A stretch of DNA of 64,000 nucleotides from Patescibacteria group bacterium. Lineage in GTDB: Bacteria; Patescibacteriota; Minisyncoccia; Phycocordibacterales; GCA-2747955. Both the position numbers and the translations under genes were made by a program. Shown here piece by piece: positions 8,259 to 18,824 of this stretch. Location of the stretch: contig JBLYPV010000001.1 of NCBI GenBank assembly GCA_048538215.1, forward strand, positions 333,499-397,498. Direction: 5' to 3'. Each line of letters opens with the position of its first letter. Position 1 is the first letter of the stretch. Below the pieces are notes generated by a model that saw nothing but the letters and a program-made list of their open reading frames with translations, was not told where the DNA came from and ran no database searches.

Positions 8259-10208
8259 ATGATAGATTCCTTTAGCGGTACTATTCGCACTACTAATAGA
8301 CAAACGGGCTATGTATCTATTCCCGACACTGATCGCTTTGTAGAAATCAGTGGAGCCGATCTCAATACCGCATTAAATAATGATACCGTACGTGTTGTAA
8401 TCACAAGCAAACAAGAGCATGCTCGTGATGATCTTGGGCGCGTTGTAAAGGTATTAAAACGAAGTAAGACAAAATTTGTAGGTCAGATTAAATATCTATG
8501 GAATGAGGAAAAGAAGAAAAAAGCACCACAATTTATTGCTGATGGCCGCGGCTTTTACCCAAACAACCCTTATATTTCTAATCTTCAATCCTTTGATGAT
8601 TTAGAAGGAAAAAAGATTGTTCTCGAACTTGAGTCTTGGGATGACCCGGCCCGAGATCCAAAAATGCGTATCGATCAAATACTTGGTGATGTGGGAGATA
8701 ATGAAGCAGAGATGCAAGCTGTAGTAATTGACCGCGGACTTGTCCTCGGCTTTGAACCAGAGATTGAAGAATTAGCTGCCCAATATAAAAAAGGTTTTAA
8801 AGAAACATTCGATAAAGAGCTCGTGCGCCGGCGTGATATGCGTGATCGGACTATGTTTACCATTGATCCAGCTGATGCCAAAGACTTTGATGATGCTCTA
8901 TCGGTGCACAAGCTTGACAATGGAAATTATGAAATTGGTATTCATATTGCTGATCCATCTTTTTTTGTCGAAGAAGGGAGTCGACTTGATGAAGCGGCCT
9001 ACGAACGAGCTACCTCTATCTATCTCGTTGATCGCACCATACCTATGCTTCCTGAGGTACTCTCTAATGATCTCTGCTCACTAAACCCCAAAGAAGAAAA
9101 GCTTACCTTTTCAGCCGTCTTTGAAATGAGCCCCAAGGCAGAAATTGTTAGCCGATGGTTTGGTGAGACAGTGACGGTCTCAGATTACCGTTTTACCTAC
9201 CAAGATGCACAAGACATTCTCGATGCTGGTAATGGTGCATATTATACAGAGCTTAGTATTCTTTCAGATATTGCAAAAATTTTACAAAAACAAAAAATAG
9301 CGGGTGGTGCAATCGAGTTTGAATCAAAGGAAGTAAAATTTGAGCTTGATAGCAAGCTCTTTCCTATACGTGTAATTCCAAAAGAGCGCTTATGGACTAT
9401 GGAAATTATAGAGGAGTGTATGCTTCTTGCCAACCGCGAAGTATCTCGATTTGTCTCTCTTGATGAACATGGCCAAGCAAATAGCCGGCCCTTTATCTAT
9501 CGTGTTCACGACAAACCAAAACAAGAAAAAATTATGGAAGCAGTGAGCTATTTGCGTACCATTGGCTTTGAAGTAGATAGCGATGGAGATGGCAATATCA
9601 CCTCGGGAGAAATTAATCGCATTCTCAAGGAACACCGAGATAGCCCCCTTGAGGATTTAATATCTATGACGCTCTTACGAGCTATGAATAAGGCAACCTA
9701 CAGCACAAAAAACATTGGCCACTACGGACTGGGCTTTGCTTATTATTCTCATTTTACCTCCCCTATTCGTCGCTATCCAGATGTCATTGCCCATCGCCTA
9801 CTTCGCCGATACCTGTCTGGTGAAGATGTGCCGGAAAGCGAGAGGGCGTATATTCAAAAGCAAGCAGAACACTCGAGTGATATGGAGCTACGCGCAGTAG
9901 AAGCTGAGCGAGAATCGATTAAATTTAAATATACTCAGCTCTTTTCTACTATGATTGGACAAGAGGTAGATGCGGTAATTTTCAAAGTGATGAAATTTGG
10001 CCTTTTAATCGAAGAAAAAGAAACTCGCGGTGAAGGTATGATAAATGTACGCAATATGGGCGGTGATTACTTTGAATTTGATGAGAAGCATATGATACTT
10101 ATCGGGAGAAATAATGGCAATAAATTTCAAGTGGGAGATAAAATTAGGGCACGAGTAATCAATGCTGATATTGAAAAAAAACAAATTGATTTTGAGCTTA
10201 TTAGCTAA
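8259..10208 (+). CDS. rnr: ribonuclease R
   Basis: TIDPADAKDFDDALS, HFTSPIRRYPD, C-terminal S1 domain. Confidence 0.93.
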   Translation: MIDSFSGTIRTTNRQTGYVSIPDTDRFVEISGADLNTALNNDTVRVVITSKQEHARDDLGRVVKVLKRSKTKFVGQIKYLWNEEKKKKAPQFIADGRGFYPNNPYISNLQSFDDLEGKKIVLELESWDDPARDPKMRIDQILGDVGDNEAEMQAVVIDRGLVLGFEPEIEELAAQYKKGFKETFDKELVRRRDMRDRTMFTIDPADAKDFDDALSVHKLDNGNYEIGIHIADPSFFVEEGSRLDEAAYERATSIYLVDRTIPMLPEVLSNDLCSLNPKEEKLTFSAVFEMSPKAEIVSRWFGETVTVSDYRFTYQDAQDILDAGNGAYYTELSILSDIAKILQKQKIAGGAIEFESKEVKFELDSKLFPIRVIPKERLWTMEIIEECMLLANREVSRFVSLDEHGQANSRPFIYRVHDKPKQEKIMEAVSYLRTIGFEVDSDGDGNITSGEINRILKEHRDSPLEDLISMTLLRAMNKATYSTKNIGHYGLGFAYYSHFTSPIRRYPDVIAHRLLRRYLSGEDVPESERAYIQKQAEHSSDMELRAVEAERESIKFKYTQLFSTMIGQEVDAVIFKVMKFGLLIEEKETRGEGMINVRNMGGDYFEFDEKHMILIGRNNGNKFQVGDKIRARVINADIEKKQIDFELIS

Positions 10209-10239
10209 AAACAAATTAGTACCTATGTCTGCCTATGAG

Positions 10240-10277
10240 GGGTAGTATTTATTGTCAGGGGCAAATAAATACTACCC
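10240..10277. repeat. palindromic repeat family copy 2 (degenerate)
   Basis: gggtagtatttatt-gtcaggggca-aataaatactaccc; 3 mismatches to the 34-bp core. Confidence 0.75.
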
Positions 10278-10318
10278 TGCGCTAGGCTAGAGCCCATCTG
10301 GTTTGCTATAATTCAAAT

Positions 10319-10804
10319 ATGTCTATAGATAATCTATACTTTCGTGCCGGAGTGGGAATGATTGTTGTACGAGATACACAAGTCGCTCTTTTTGAACGCC
10401 AGGATGTACCAGGAAATTGGCAATTCCCTCAAGGGGGGATCTCTTTAGGAGAGTCTCCAGAAGAAGCTATGTATCGGGAGCTTGAGGAAGAGACTGGCAT
10501 TACTTCTGACGATATACTTGAAATAAAACAAGTGCCCTTCCTTACTTCTTATGCATATCCTCAAAAAATGTGGCCAGGTCTACCACATACTAATAATACC
10601 CATATTGGCCAATCACAATTTTGGTACATTATTACTCTTAAAGAACATTCAGTAATCAATCTAAATAAAGCGTCTGACTATGAGTTTATAAATTACAAAT
10701 GGGTCTCCTATGATGAAATTATTGATGAAATTATCGAGTGGAAACGCCCTACCTACGAGCAACTTATAAGATACCTCAAAGCAGACCCTGTAATAGAAAA
10801 ATAG
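10319..10804 (+). CDS. NUDIX hydrolase, RppH-like
   Basis: WQFPQGGI..GE...EAMYRELEEETG Nudix box, GQ.QFWY. Confidence 0.85.
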   Translation: MSIDNLYFRAGVGMIVVRDTQVALFERQDVPGNWQFPQGGISLGESPEEAMYRELEEETGITSDDILEIKQVPFLTSYAYPQKMWPGLPHTNNTHIGQSQFWYIITLKEHSVINLNKASDYEFINYKWVSYDEIIDEIIEWKRPTYEQLIRYLKADPVIEK

Positions 10805-10821
10805 ACAAGGTAGATACTATA

Positions 10822-13062
10822 TTATTTTGCTACCATGCTCGCCTCATCCAAAGAAACCGATAGCAATCTTGATACTCCGTCGCTTCCCATTGTCACTCCA
10901 TATAATACTCCAGCGCGCGACATCGTCTCACGATTGTGGGTAATAAGAATCAATTGTGAGTGTTCGGCCAATTGTTCAATCATATCGCTATAGCGCTTGC
11001 TATTTGCTTCATCTAAAGCAGCATCTGTCTCATCTAAAATAATAAACGGTGGTGGAGCTACCTGTGACATAGCAAACAGCAATGCAATCGAGGTAAGTGA
11101 TCGCTCTCCCCCTGAAAGCATATCAAGGGTGCTGATTTTTTTATTCGGTAAAGATACCTGCATTTCTATTCCAAGCTCATAGACATCTTCTTCTGTTCGT
11201 ACTGGCACCTCCACTTCGCGTAATCCTGCGCTTCCACCAGAAAATAATGTTTGAAAAAATGTATTAAATGAACTATTAATTTGCTCAAGCCCCCGACGAA
11301 ATTTTTCATCGAGTTGGAGTTCAAGCTCTTTAATAAGTGCTTCCAGTTGGGCCATAGATTCCTCTAAATCTGCAAGCTGTGAAGCAATATACTCTGCTTC
11401 TTTCTTTCTCTTTGTGTATTCTTCTATTACTTCTTCCCCCCCAACAGCACCAGCATATGCGATTAGTGTCCGAGTTTTGATAATTTCTTCGCGTATGTCG
11501 CTTTCAATATTAAGCAGAGAAGTAGACGCTTGAGCGTGAGACATTATTTCATCTACTTGGTGGCCAAAAAGTGCTCGTGCCTCTGCTTCTTCTGCCTCGT
11601 ATTCACCCAATCGGTGTTCTAGATCACCAATGATACGATTTATCTCTTCTACTTCGTGCTGAGCCTCGGACTGATCCTGCTGTAGCTCGAGACGCTTGAT
11701 CTGTAGCTCTTGTTTGGCTTGAGTGGGGCTAATCTGCTTGGCACGTAGGGTATCAATCTCCGCTAGTAGCTTTTTTTCAGATTGCTCAAGCTCTGCTCGC
11801 TCTGCTTCTTGAGCTTTGAAAACAGCACGGTGTTCTTCAATCTGAGCTTCATATCCCTTATCTGAAACACTCGAGTGAGTGCCTGTGAGATTATCAATGA
11901 TTTCCTGAGCCTGCGCGTGATACTCAGACCGCGCTTCTTCACTAAGTGAATCATATTCACCAAGCATATCTTCCCACACTTGCCGTGCCTCATAATCGAG
12001 CTTTAATAAGTCGAGCCGGGCACGGACCCAATCATTTACTAATTTATACAATTTTCGTGCTATCGCATCTCGCTTGTCTTTTCCCCCAAGAGCTACCTTG
12101 TGTGCTTCGGCTACTTGAGCTTCGGCAAATTCTATACGCGCCTCCATCTGGGCGATTATTTTATCACACCGAGCCTTGGCACTACGTAGCTCTCTAAGCT
12201 CTTGCTCGAGAATCACTTGAGCCGATTGAGTATCCTGCTTTTCAGACGATTCTTTTATTGGCTCATTGTCTACTTCAAGATTTTTTAAGTGAGACACAAT
12301 ATGCTCAAGCTCTTTTGTTATTTCTTGCCTACGAACCCTTGCCTTCTCAAGCTCTTGAATAATGGTGTGTTTCCCCGGAAGATACTTACTATACAAATCA
12401 GATAATGTCTTCCTGAGCTCTCGTGCTTCTTGAATTTTTTCTACCTTGCGCTTGAGCTCATGCAATCTAGGAGTATTGGCTCGCTCTTGATTTTTTACCT
12501 CTTGTAGATTTTCGCTCGTTTTAGCTAGCTTGCGTTCTGCTTCTTGTTTCTTAATTGTATACACCTTCAAGCCGAGAGCTTCTTCTACGAGCCCTTTACG
12601 GTCACGAGCTGAGAGTGTCAGTATTTTATCAGCTTCACCTTGAGAGATAATGTGATGGCCACTTGAGCCAATATTTGCACCTGCCAAAAGCTCGACTACA
12701 TCTTTGGCTCGTACTGTATTACCATTTATTTGATACTCATTATTCCCATCTCGCAAGACCGTGCGCGTGATAACCACCTCATGGTAATCAATATTGAGTG
12801 TTTTATCGCTATTGTCGAGTGTTACAGACACCCATGCTCGATTAATCTGCCCTGCCTTACCAGCAAATAGTAGGTCACTCCCCTTTTTGCTACGCATATT
12901 CTTAAAGCTCTGTTCACCAAGCACAAAACGAAAAGCCTCGGCTACATTCGATTTTCCACTACCATTTGGACCCACAATAGCTGAGATCCTGCTAGAAAAA
13001 TCAAAATGCGCTTTTTTTGCAAATGATTTATAGCCATTAATTTCTAGCGCCTTGAGATACAT
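10822..13062 (-). CDS. smc: SMC-family ATPase (short form)
   Basis: GYKSFA, GPNGSGKSN Walker A, LSGGE signature, ILDETDAALD Walker B, ITH; long coiled coil. Confidence 0.85.
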   Translation of the reverse strand: MYLKALEINGYKSFAKKAHFDFSSRISAIVGPNGSGKSNVAEAFRFVLGEQSFKNMRSKKGSDLLFAGKAGQINRAWVSVTLDNSDKTLNIDYHEVVITRTVLRDGNNEYQINGNTVRAKDVVELLAGANIGSSGHHIISQGEADKILTLSARDRKGLVEEALGLKVYTIKKQEAERKLAKTSENLQEVKNQERANTPRLHELKRKVEKIQEARELRKTLSDLYSKYLPGKHTIIQELEKARVRRQEITKELEHIVSHLKNLEVDNEPIKESSEKQDTQSAQVILEQELRELRSAKARCDKIIAQMEARIEFAEAQVAEAHKVALGGKDKRDAIARKLYKLVNDWVRARLDLLKLDYEARQVWEDMLGEYDSLSEEARSEYHAQAQEIIDNLTGTHSSVSDKGYEAQIEEHRAVFKAQEAERAELEQSEKKLLAEIDTLRAKQISPTQAKQELQIKRLELQQDQSEAQHEVEEINRIIGDLEHRLGEYEAEEAEARALFGHQVDEIMSHAQASTSLLNIESDIREEIIKTRTLIAYAGAVGGEEVIEEYTKRKKEAEYIASQLADLEESMAQLEALIKELELQLDEKFRRGLEQINSSFNTFFQTLFSGGSAGLREVEVPVRTEEDVYELGIEMQVSLPNKKISTLDMLSGGERSLTSIALLFAMSQVAPPPFIILDETDAALDEANSKRYSDMIEQLAEHSQLILITHNRETMSRAGVLYGVTMGSDGVSRLLSVSLDEASMVAK

Positions 13063-13341
13063 ATTGCAAGAATTATACCAGAGCATTGGAGATTGCCCTC
13101 CTCGGCTTTATCCACGATTGTCTCGATGTATAAATAAAAATTACTAAATACATAAGCAAGCTCTCTGCCGACTACACTTTATATAAATAAAATAGATGAT
13201 ACGCCTAGGCACCCTACCTACTATTTACTTCGTATATACCAAGACAGAAATCAGACTTTTACTTACTATGTGTCGAGTGGGGCGTGGTGCCCCGTGGCAC
13301 CACACCTTGCAAAAAATCCAACTCTCATTTAGAGTACCTGC

Positions 13342-15549
13342 ATGAGCAAACTACTAATAGTGGAATCACCTGCCAAAAGTAAAACAATCGAAAAGTATCT
13401 CGGGAGTAATTATAAAGTACTTTCTTCTGTAGGACATATTCGTGATATTCCTAAATCAGCTAGCAAGAAAGCCAACGCGGTAGATATAGAAAATGGCTTC
13501 ACTCCAAATTATGTAATCATTGATAAAAAACAAAAAGTAATAGACGAATTAAAAAAGGCGGCAAAAAAAGCCGAGGAGGTATTGATTGCTACCGACCCCG
13601 ACCGTGAGGGCGAAGCGATTGGCTGGCACATCAAAGAGGTGTTAGAACTCGGCGACGATGATTATAGCCGGATTACTTTTAATGAGATTACTAAAGATGC
13701 GGTACTTGAAGCACTTCGTCATCCACGAAAAATTGATAACAACTTAAAAACGGCCCAAGAAGCTCGTCGTGTACTTGATCGACTATTTGGCTATGGACTC
13801 TCTGGGCTTATTTGGAAAAAAGTGCGCTATGGTCTTTCTGCTGGGCGTGTACAATCACCAGCACTACGCATCTTAGCCGAGCGAGAACGAGAAATTCTTG
13901 CCTTTATTCCTGATGATTATTTTCAAATATCTGCTCAAACAAAAACAAAAAGAGGCCATCTTGTCGAGCTATCTTACCACCACGACATTTACAAAGAATC
14001 AGAAAAAGATCTCGTAGAAAGCGAGTGTGCGAGCAAAAAAGAATTTATCATACGAGATATTAAAGAAGGCGAAGTATCGCGCAAGCCCAACGCCCCCTTC
14101 ACCACCTCTACTCTCCAACAAACTGCTTCTAATCGCCTCGGCTTTGCTCCTGCTCGCACCATGCGAGCCGCCCAAAAGCTCTACGAAGCTGGGTATATTA
14201 CCTATATGCGTACCGACTCCCCTACTCTTTCCAAGCAGGCGATAACACAAATTGCTGGCTTCGTCGAAGACTCTTTTGGTAAAGATTATCTTGAGATCAA
14301 ACAATTTGCCAGCAAGAGCAAAAACGCCCAAGAGGCACATGAAGCCATCCGTCCTACAGAGGCACACAAAACAAGTGGTGGCCGTACAGACGATGAAAAG
14401 CAATTGTATAATCTCATTTGGAAGCGCACCATTGCGAGTCAAATGAAGAGCGCACAAACATTACGCACCAAAGTAATTGCCTCAAATAGCGAACATATCG
14501 ATAATTTTAGCGTTTCAGGATCACGGCTCATCTTTGATGGCTGGCTCAAAGTATTTCCTGAAGCAGCTGGCGACGATGTGCTCTTGCCCGAGCTCTCACG
14601 CGGTGACACGCTTCGACTTATCAAGCTTGAAGTAGAGGCCAAACAAACTACTCCGCCTAATCGTTATAGCGAAGCAGGCCTTATTAGAGAGCTTGAATCC
14701 CGTGGTATCGGCCGACCTTCTACCTATGCAGCGATTATCAAAACTCTACAAGACCGTGAGTATGTACACAAAGAAGGTAAGACACTCATTCCTACTGATT
14801 TAGGTATGGTAATTTCTGATTTTCTTGAAACACATTTTGCTGAATACATATCTGATGATTTTACTGCCGAGATGGAGGACAACCTCGATTTAATGTCAGT
14901 CGGTAAAAAAGAATACGTAAAAACACTTTCTGAATTCTATAAGCCCTTTACTCAGGCCATTGAAGGTAAACAAGATATTGAAAAGCTGACTACGATTGGC
15001 CCTGTAGAAGACCAATCAATTAGCTGTCCTGATTGTGGTGGCAAAATGGAGTGGAAGCTTTCAAAGACTGGTAAATTTATGTCCTGTGCACGCTTTCCCG
15101 ACTGTGAAGGTGCTCGTACTGAAGATGGGAAGGAGCTTGAAGGGCCAAAAGATTTAGGCACCACCTGCCCACGCTGTCTTGAAGAAAATAAAAAAGAGCC
15201 AGGATCACTTGTCTTACGTGATGGTCGCTTTGGGCAATTTATCTCCTGCTCTACTTATCCTAAATGTAAGTACATACAAGAAGATGAAGAGACCAAAAAA
15301 GCTAATGGGACGGGAGTGAAATGTACCGAGTGTAAAGATGGTGAGATGATGAAAAAGATGGGTCGCTTTGGAGAATTTTTTGCCTGTAGTAATTATCCTG
15401 ATTGCAAGCACGCAATCAAAGCTCTACCTACTGGTAATCACTGCCCTATGTGTGGGGCTTTAATGATGCAAGGCACCAAGACAATCCCCGAACGATGTAG
15501 CAAAAAAGAATGCCCTATGCATCGCCCTGATAAACTAGAAAAAACATAA
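13342..15549 (+). CDS. topA: DNA topoisomerase I
   Basis: IVESPAK, DPDREGE, SAGRVQS, ITYMRTD, GIGRPSTY, C-terminal Zn ribbons. Confidence 0.96.
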   Translation: MSKLLIVESPAKSKTIEKYLGSNYKVLSSVGHIRDIPKSASKKANAVDIENGFTPNYVIIDKKQKVIDELKKAAKKAEEVLIATDPDREGEAIGWHIKEVLELGDDDYSRITFNEITKDAVLEALRHPRKIDNNLKTAQEARRVLDRLFGYGLSGLIWKKVRYGLSAGRVQSPALRILAEREREILAFIPDDYFQISAQTKTKRGHLVELSYHHDIYKESEKDLVESECASKKEFIIRDIKEGEVSRKPNAPFTTSTLQQTASNRLGFAPARTMRAAQKLYEAGYITYMRTDSPTLSKQAITQIAGFVEDSFGKDYLEIKQFASKSKNAQEAHEAIRPTEAHKTSGGRTDDEKQLYNLIWKRTIASQMKSAQTLRTKVIASNSEHIDNFSVSGSRLIFDGWLKVFPEAAGDDVLLPELSRGDTLRLIKLEVEAKQTTPPNRYSEAGLIRELESRGIGRPSTYAAIIKTLQDREYVHKEGKTLIPTDLGMVISDFLETHFAEYISDDFTAEMEDNLDLMSVGKKEYVKTLSEFYKPFTQAIEGKQDIEKLTTIGPVEDQSISCPDCGGKMEWKLSKTGKFMSCARFPDCEGARTEDGKELEGPKDLGTTCPRCLEENKKEPGSLVLRDGRFGQFISCSTYPKCKYIQEDEETKKANGTGVKCTECKDGEMMKKMGRFGEFFACSNYPDCKHAIKALPTGNHCPMCGALMMQGTKTIPERCSKKECPMHRPDKLEKT

Positions 15550-15676
15550 GTGCCATCACTTTTCTTACAAAAAATAGTAGTAAGATAATTACAAAACTTT
15601 CCAACGCCTGCCCAAGTACCCCGCTCCAAGTAAGACAATTAAAAAACGCTCGAATTACTCGAGTCGTTTGCGTCCT

Positions 15677-15705
15677 GCCCGCGAAGACGACTCGTCTTCG
15701 CGGGC
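15677..15705. terminator. GC-rich hairpin between convergent genes
   Basis: gcccgcgaagacga-c-tcgtcttcgcgggc, 14-bp arms. Confidence 0.55.
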
Positions 15706-15721
15706 TTGGCTCTGTGTAGCA

Positions 15722-16249
15722 TCAAGCATTGGCGTGCGTTTCGCCGATGCTGAGCATATTTATGGCGTCGACAATTGTCCCTCCTGTTGCCACCTCATAG
15801 ACTGCCCACCGAGCTTGCACGAAAAATTCATCTACCCGATGAACATATTCCTCTATGTGATCATAGATTTCATGCACGGATCCGGTGGCCAAGAAGGTAA
15901 AACTGAGCAAGAAATAACACTCACCACTCTCCTCTTCTCGACTGAAATACAGCGTCCCAGGAGGAAATAATGTACCATGTATTATATTGGAGAGAGTGAG
16001 AAGCGAGATAAAAATCTTTGAATCAATCTTCCCGAGACTTGTTCGAAAAAGATAGGTGAGCTCATCATGATTGACCTCTACACAATTAAAGTCGTAGGTG
16101 CCCATACCTCCTCCGCCTACCTCAATTTCGCTCGACACCACGACCCCACCTCCATTTATTTGATACACTGAAGGCTTGCATCCCATCTCCTTGAGAACGA
16201 GGTGGACCATCTCCATATGTTGGTTGTCTTCAAACAATGAAGCACTCAT
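15722..16249 (-). CDS. hypothetical protein (possibly YbjN/CesT-like fold)
   Basis: 175-aa ORF preceded by AAGGAGG; fold guess is weak. Confidence 0.6.
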   Translation of the reverse strand: MSASLFEDNQHMEMVHLVLKEMGCKPSVYQINGGGVVVSSEIEVGGGGMGTYDFNCVEVNHDELTYLFRTSLGKIDSKIFISLLTLSNIIHGTLFPPGTLYFSREEESGECYFLLSFTFLATGSVHEIYDHIEEYVHRVDEFFVQARWAVYEVATGGTIVDAINMLSIGETHANA

Positions 16250-16376
16250 GTCCGTATCCTCCTTTAATAAACGAGCATTCCTTACTCAATACTATATCAT
16301 ATAAATTTGACATCCTAGAATAAATTGTTGAAAAATATTTTTTTGTTATACTCATTCAGAAAGAGGAGGAATACTA

Positions 16377-16757
16377 ATGGGTATTGATAATATGCAATCG
16401 GGCAGTTGTGGGACATCAGTGATTTACCTGCCCACGTGGTGGCGTATGCGTGATGGGCTTAGCCCTGGTGCTATATGGCATCACTACCAAATTGAAAAGT
16501 CCAGGGCAGCTCAAATATGGCTTGAGCGCCGTATGGATGCACACGCTCAAAATATGGAGTGTATCGAGGATTTGATAAGCTTAGCAAATTCGCTCAAGTA
16601 CTTCTCGCCTCCTCTCTATGAGAAAATGCGCACGAGGATTCAAGGCAGAATACACAAGCTTTATTATCAAGGAAAACGGGTGACCTATCCTACTCGTACC
16701 CTGGAAATACTGTTACCTTTATTGGTCGAGATGGGCGTCTTGGAATGTATTATATAA
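16377..16757 (+). CDS. hypothetical protein
   Basis: 126-aa ORF with upstream AGGAGGA and tgtTATACT promoter-like motif; followed by hairpin. Confidence 0.6.
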   Translation: MGIDNMQSGSCGTSVIYLPTWWRMRDGLSPGAIWHHYQIEKSRAAQIWLERRMDAHAQNMECIEDLISLANSLKYFSPPLYEKMRTRIQGRIHKLYYQGKRVTYPTRTLEILLPLLVEMGVLECII

Positions 16758-16809
16758 TTTCCAAGATAGGAAAGCTGAAACCGGCGCGCAAGCGCCGGAT
16801 TTTCTATAA

Positions 16810-17433
16810 TTAGATAATCATCATATCTGCTAGAGCATAGACTATCGTGCCGAGAATATTAGTACTAATTAAAATAAATAAAAGAGCAAAAATTACTATC
16901 AAAGCATAGCGCTCCAAAAAAAGCCGGATGTGCATCATCCTTCTCGGCAATATAGCAAAAAGAATTTTTGACCCATCAAGTGGTGGTACCGGGATAAGAT
17001 TGAGGACTGCCAAAAAAAGATTCATAACCACTACCAGGTATAAAGCTTCCATTACCCCAGTCGAAAGACCCCCTAATGAGGCGAGAATGTTGAAAGCCAC
17101 AGCGAAGATAATTGCAATTGCAATATTTACTGCTGGGCCGGCAAGTGCCACCTTTGCTTCTCCCCATTTTTTGTCTCGTAAATTTTGAGGATTATACATA
17201 ACCGGCTTTGCCATCCCAAAGAAAAATCCCCCTGCAAGAAGAGTAAAAGCTGGTACCGCCACCGACCAAATTGGATCTAAATGAACGATGGGATTGAGAG
17301 TGAGGCGCCCCATATTTTTGGCGGTTGGATCACCTCCAAAAAGGGCTGCGTAGCCATGTGCCATTTCGTGTAACACGATGGAGAATAAAAGAATTGGCAA
17401 AATTATCAATAAAATTTGTGGGTCTTCTGGCAT
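16810..17433 (-). CDS. site-2 protease family (M50) protein
   Basis: HEMAH, ALAGP..N, NLIPVPPLDG. Confidence 0.93.
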   Translation of the reverse strand: MPEDPQILLIILPILLFSIVLHEMAHGYAALFGGDPTAKNMGRLTLNPIVHLDPIWSVAVPAFTLLAGGFFFGMAKPVMYNPQNLRDKKWGEAKVALAGPAVNIAIAIIFAVAFNILASLGGLSTGVMEALYLVVVMNLFLAVLNLIPVPPLDGSKILFAILPRRMMHIRLFLERYALIVIFALLFILISTNILGTIVYALADMMII

Positions 17434-17480
17434 AGAAGCTATTTTAGCATAAGAAAGACTTATATAAGTAACTCCTCCCC

Positions 17481-17528
17481 CGACAGGGTAGTATTTATTT
17501 GCAGGTGCAAATAAATACTACCCTGTCG
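17481..17528. repeat. palindromic repeat family copy 3
   Basis: cgacagggtagtatttatttgca-gg-tgcaaataaatactaccctgtcg, 23-bp perfect arms. Confidence 0.85.
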
Positions 17529-17609
17529 AGACGAGAAGGACGGTCTGCGTGGTTTAGCACTTGCGTTTTTTGCGTACTTTGTTACTATTGCCCCACTAAT
17601 TATCTAATT

Positions 17610-17855
17610 ATGGCAAAAGAATGTGCAATCACTGGAATATCAAGTAGCAAAGCAGGGGGATACTCCAATCGTGTTCGTGCTACCCAATTTAATCCTACAG
17701 GCAATCGCCGTCAAAAAGCTAATTTACAGAAAAAGCGTATTTTTGTACCTGAGCTTGATAAAACCTTTGTTCTCACCCTCTCTACTAGAGCCATCAAAAC
17801 TATCAATAAAAATGGCGCTTACCAAGTACTCAAACAAGCTGGCATTATCAAATAA
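17610..17855 (+). CDS. rpmB: 50S ribosomal protein L28
   Basis: MAKECAITG...RRQKANLQKKR...LSTRAIKTI. Confidence 0.9.
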   Translation: MAKECAITGISSSKAGGYSNRVRATQFNPTGNRRQKANLQKKRIFVPELDKTFVLTLSTRAIKTINKNGAYQVLKQAGIIK

Positions 17856-17887
17856 ATAAATCCCTCGTACTACGAGGGATTTATTTA
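17853..17887. terminator. bidirectional terminator
   Basis: taaataaatccctcgta-c-tacgagggatttattta between convergent genes. Confidence 0.7.
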
Positions 17888-18762
17888 TTAAACGATGGTG
17901 TCTCCATAATAATTTTTTGTCCATCCGAAAGGAGTACGATGTCTCCCATCTGTGCAGTAGATACAAGTGGTATCCTCAAGTGCCTTAACCGAGTAAGTAC
18001 TTGCTCGTGTGGATGTCCGTATGGATTATCTGATCCTACCGATACAATGGCAAGCTCTGGATCGACCGCTTGAAGAAATGCCATTGAAGATGATGTTTTG
18101 GAGCCATGGTGAGCTAATACCAATACCTCTGATGCCAATTGCTCACCATAGATATCGACGAGTCGTGCCTCTACTGATTCTTCTATATCACCAGGAAAAA
18201 GAAAATCCATATCCTGATAGCGTACACGAGCTACCACTGAATGATTATTACGGCCTCTCCCTTGATATTCTTTTTGGGGCCAGAGAATCTCAAGTGTGAG
18301 ATTCTCTCCAATTTGATACATTTCTGGGGCATCAACTATCTTGGTATTTTGATTATATTCTTCCACTAGTTTTTGCACCGTGGTATGCATAGCTCCATCA
18401 AATTCAAAAGGTGCCCAGCTGATACGCCCAAGATTAAAATTCTTTATAAAGTATGGGGTCATTGCCATATGATCTCTATCTCCATGACTAATAATTAGCT
18501 CATCGATATACCTATCAATAAAGAATCGGTAGCGCCAAAGTGCACGGACACCCTCCATACTTGGGCCTGTGTCTAGCAATAATTCATAGCCTTCTGGGCT
18601 AGCAACATACGCGCTACTTCCCTGCCCTACATCCAAAACTACCACTTCAAGTAGCTTGGGTGCATATAATTCATGATACACACGATCAATAATAAGTGCC
18701 CCAACAAGCACCCCTATGCATAGAATAATAAGCTTAAATTGTGTACGAATCATTCTTGCCAT
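17881..18762 (-). CDS. ComEC/Rec2-type MBL-fold metallohydrolase
   Basis: LDVGQG, SHGDRDH, NN.SVV, GDIE, HHGSKTSS, NPYGHPH; N-terminal TM helix. Confidence 0.9.
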   Translation of the reverse strand: MARMIRTQFKLIILCIGVLVGALIIDRVYHELYAPKLLEVVVLDVGQGSSAYVASPEGYELLLDTGPSMEGVRALWRYRFFIDRYIDELIISHGDRDHMAMTPYFIKNFNLGRISWAPFEFDGAMHTTVQKLVEEYNQNTKIVDAPEMYQIGENLTLEILWPQKEYQGRGRNNHSVVARVRYQDMDFLFPGDIEESVEARLVDIYGEQLASEVLVLAHHGSKTSSSMAFLQAVDPELAIVSVGSDNPYGHPHEQVLTRLRHLRIPLVSTAQMGDIVLLSDGQKIIMETPSFNK

Positions 18763-18824
18763 CACCTTGCATAGTAGCAAAAATAGCCTAAATGTGGTAT
18801 AACCAACCAACCCAAAAATACTTT

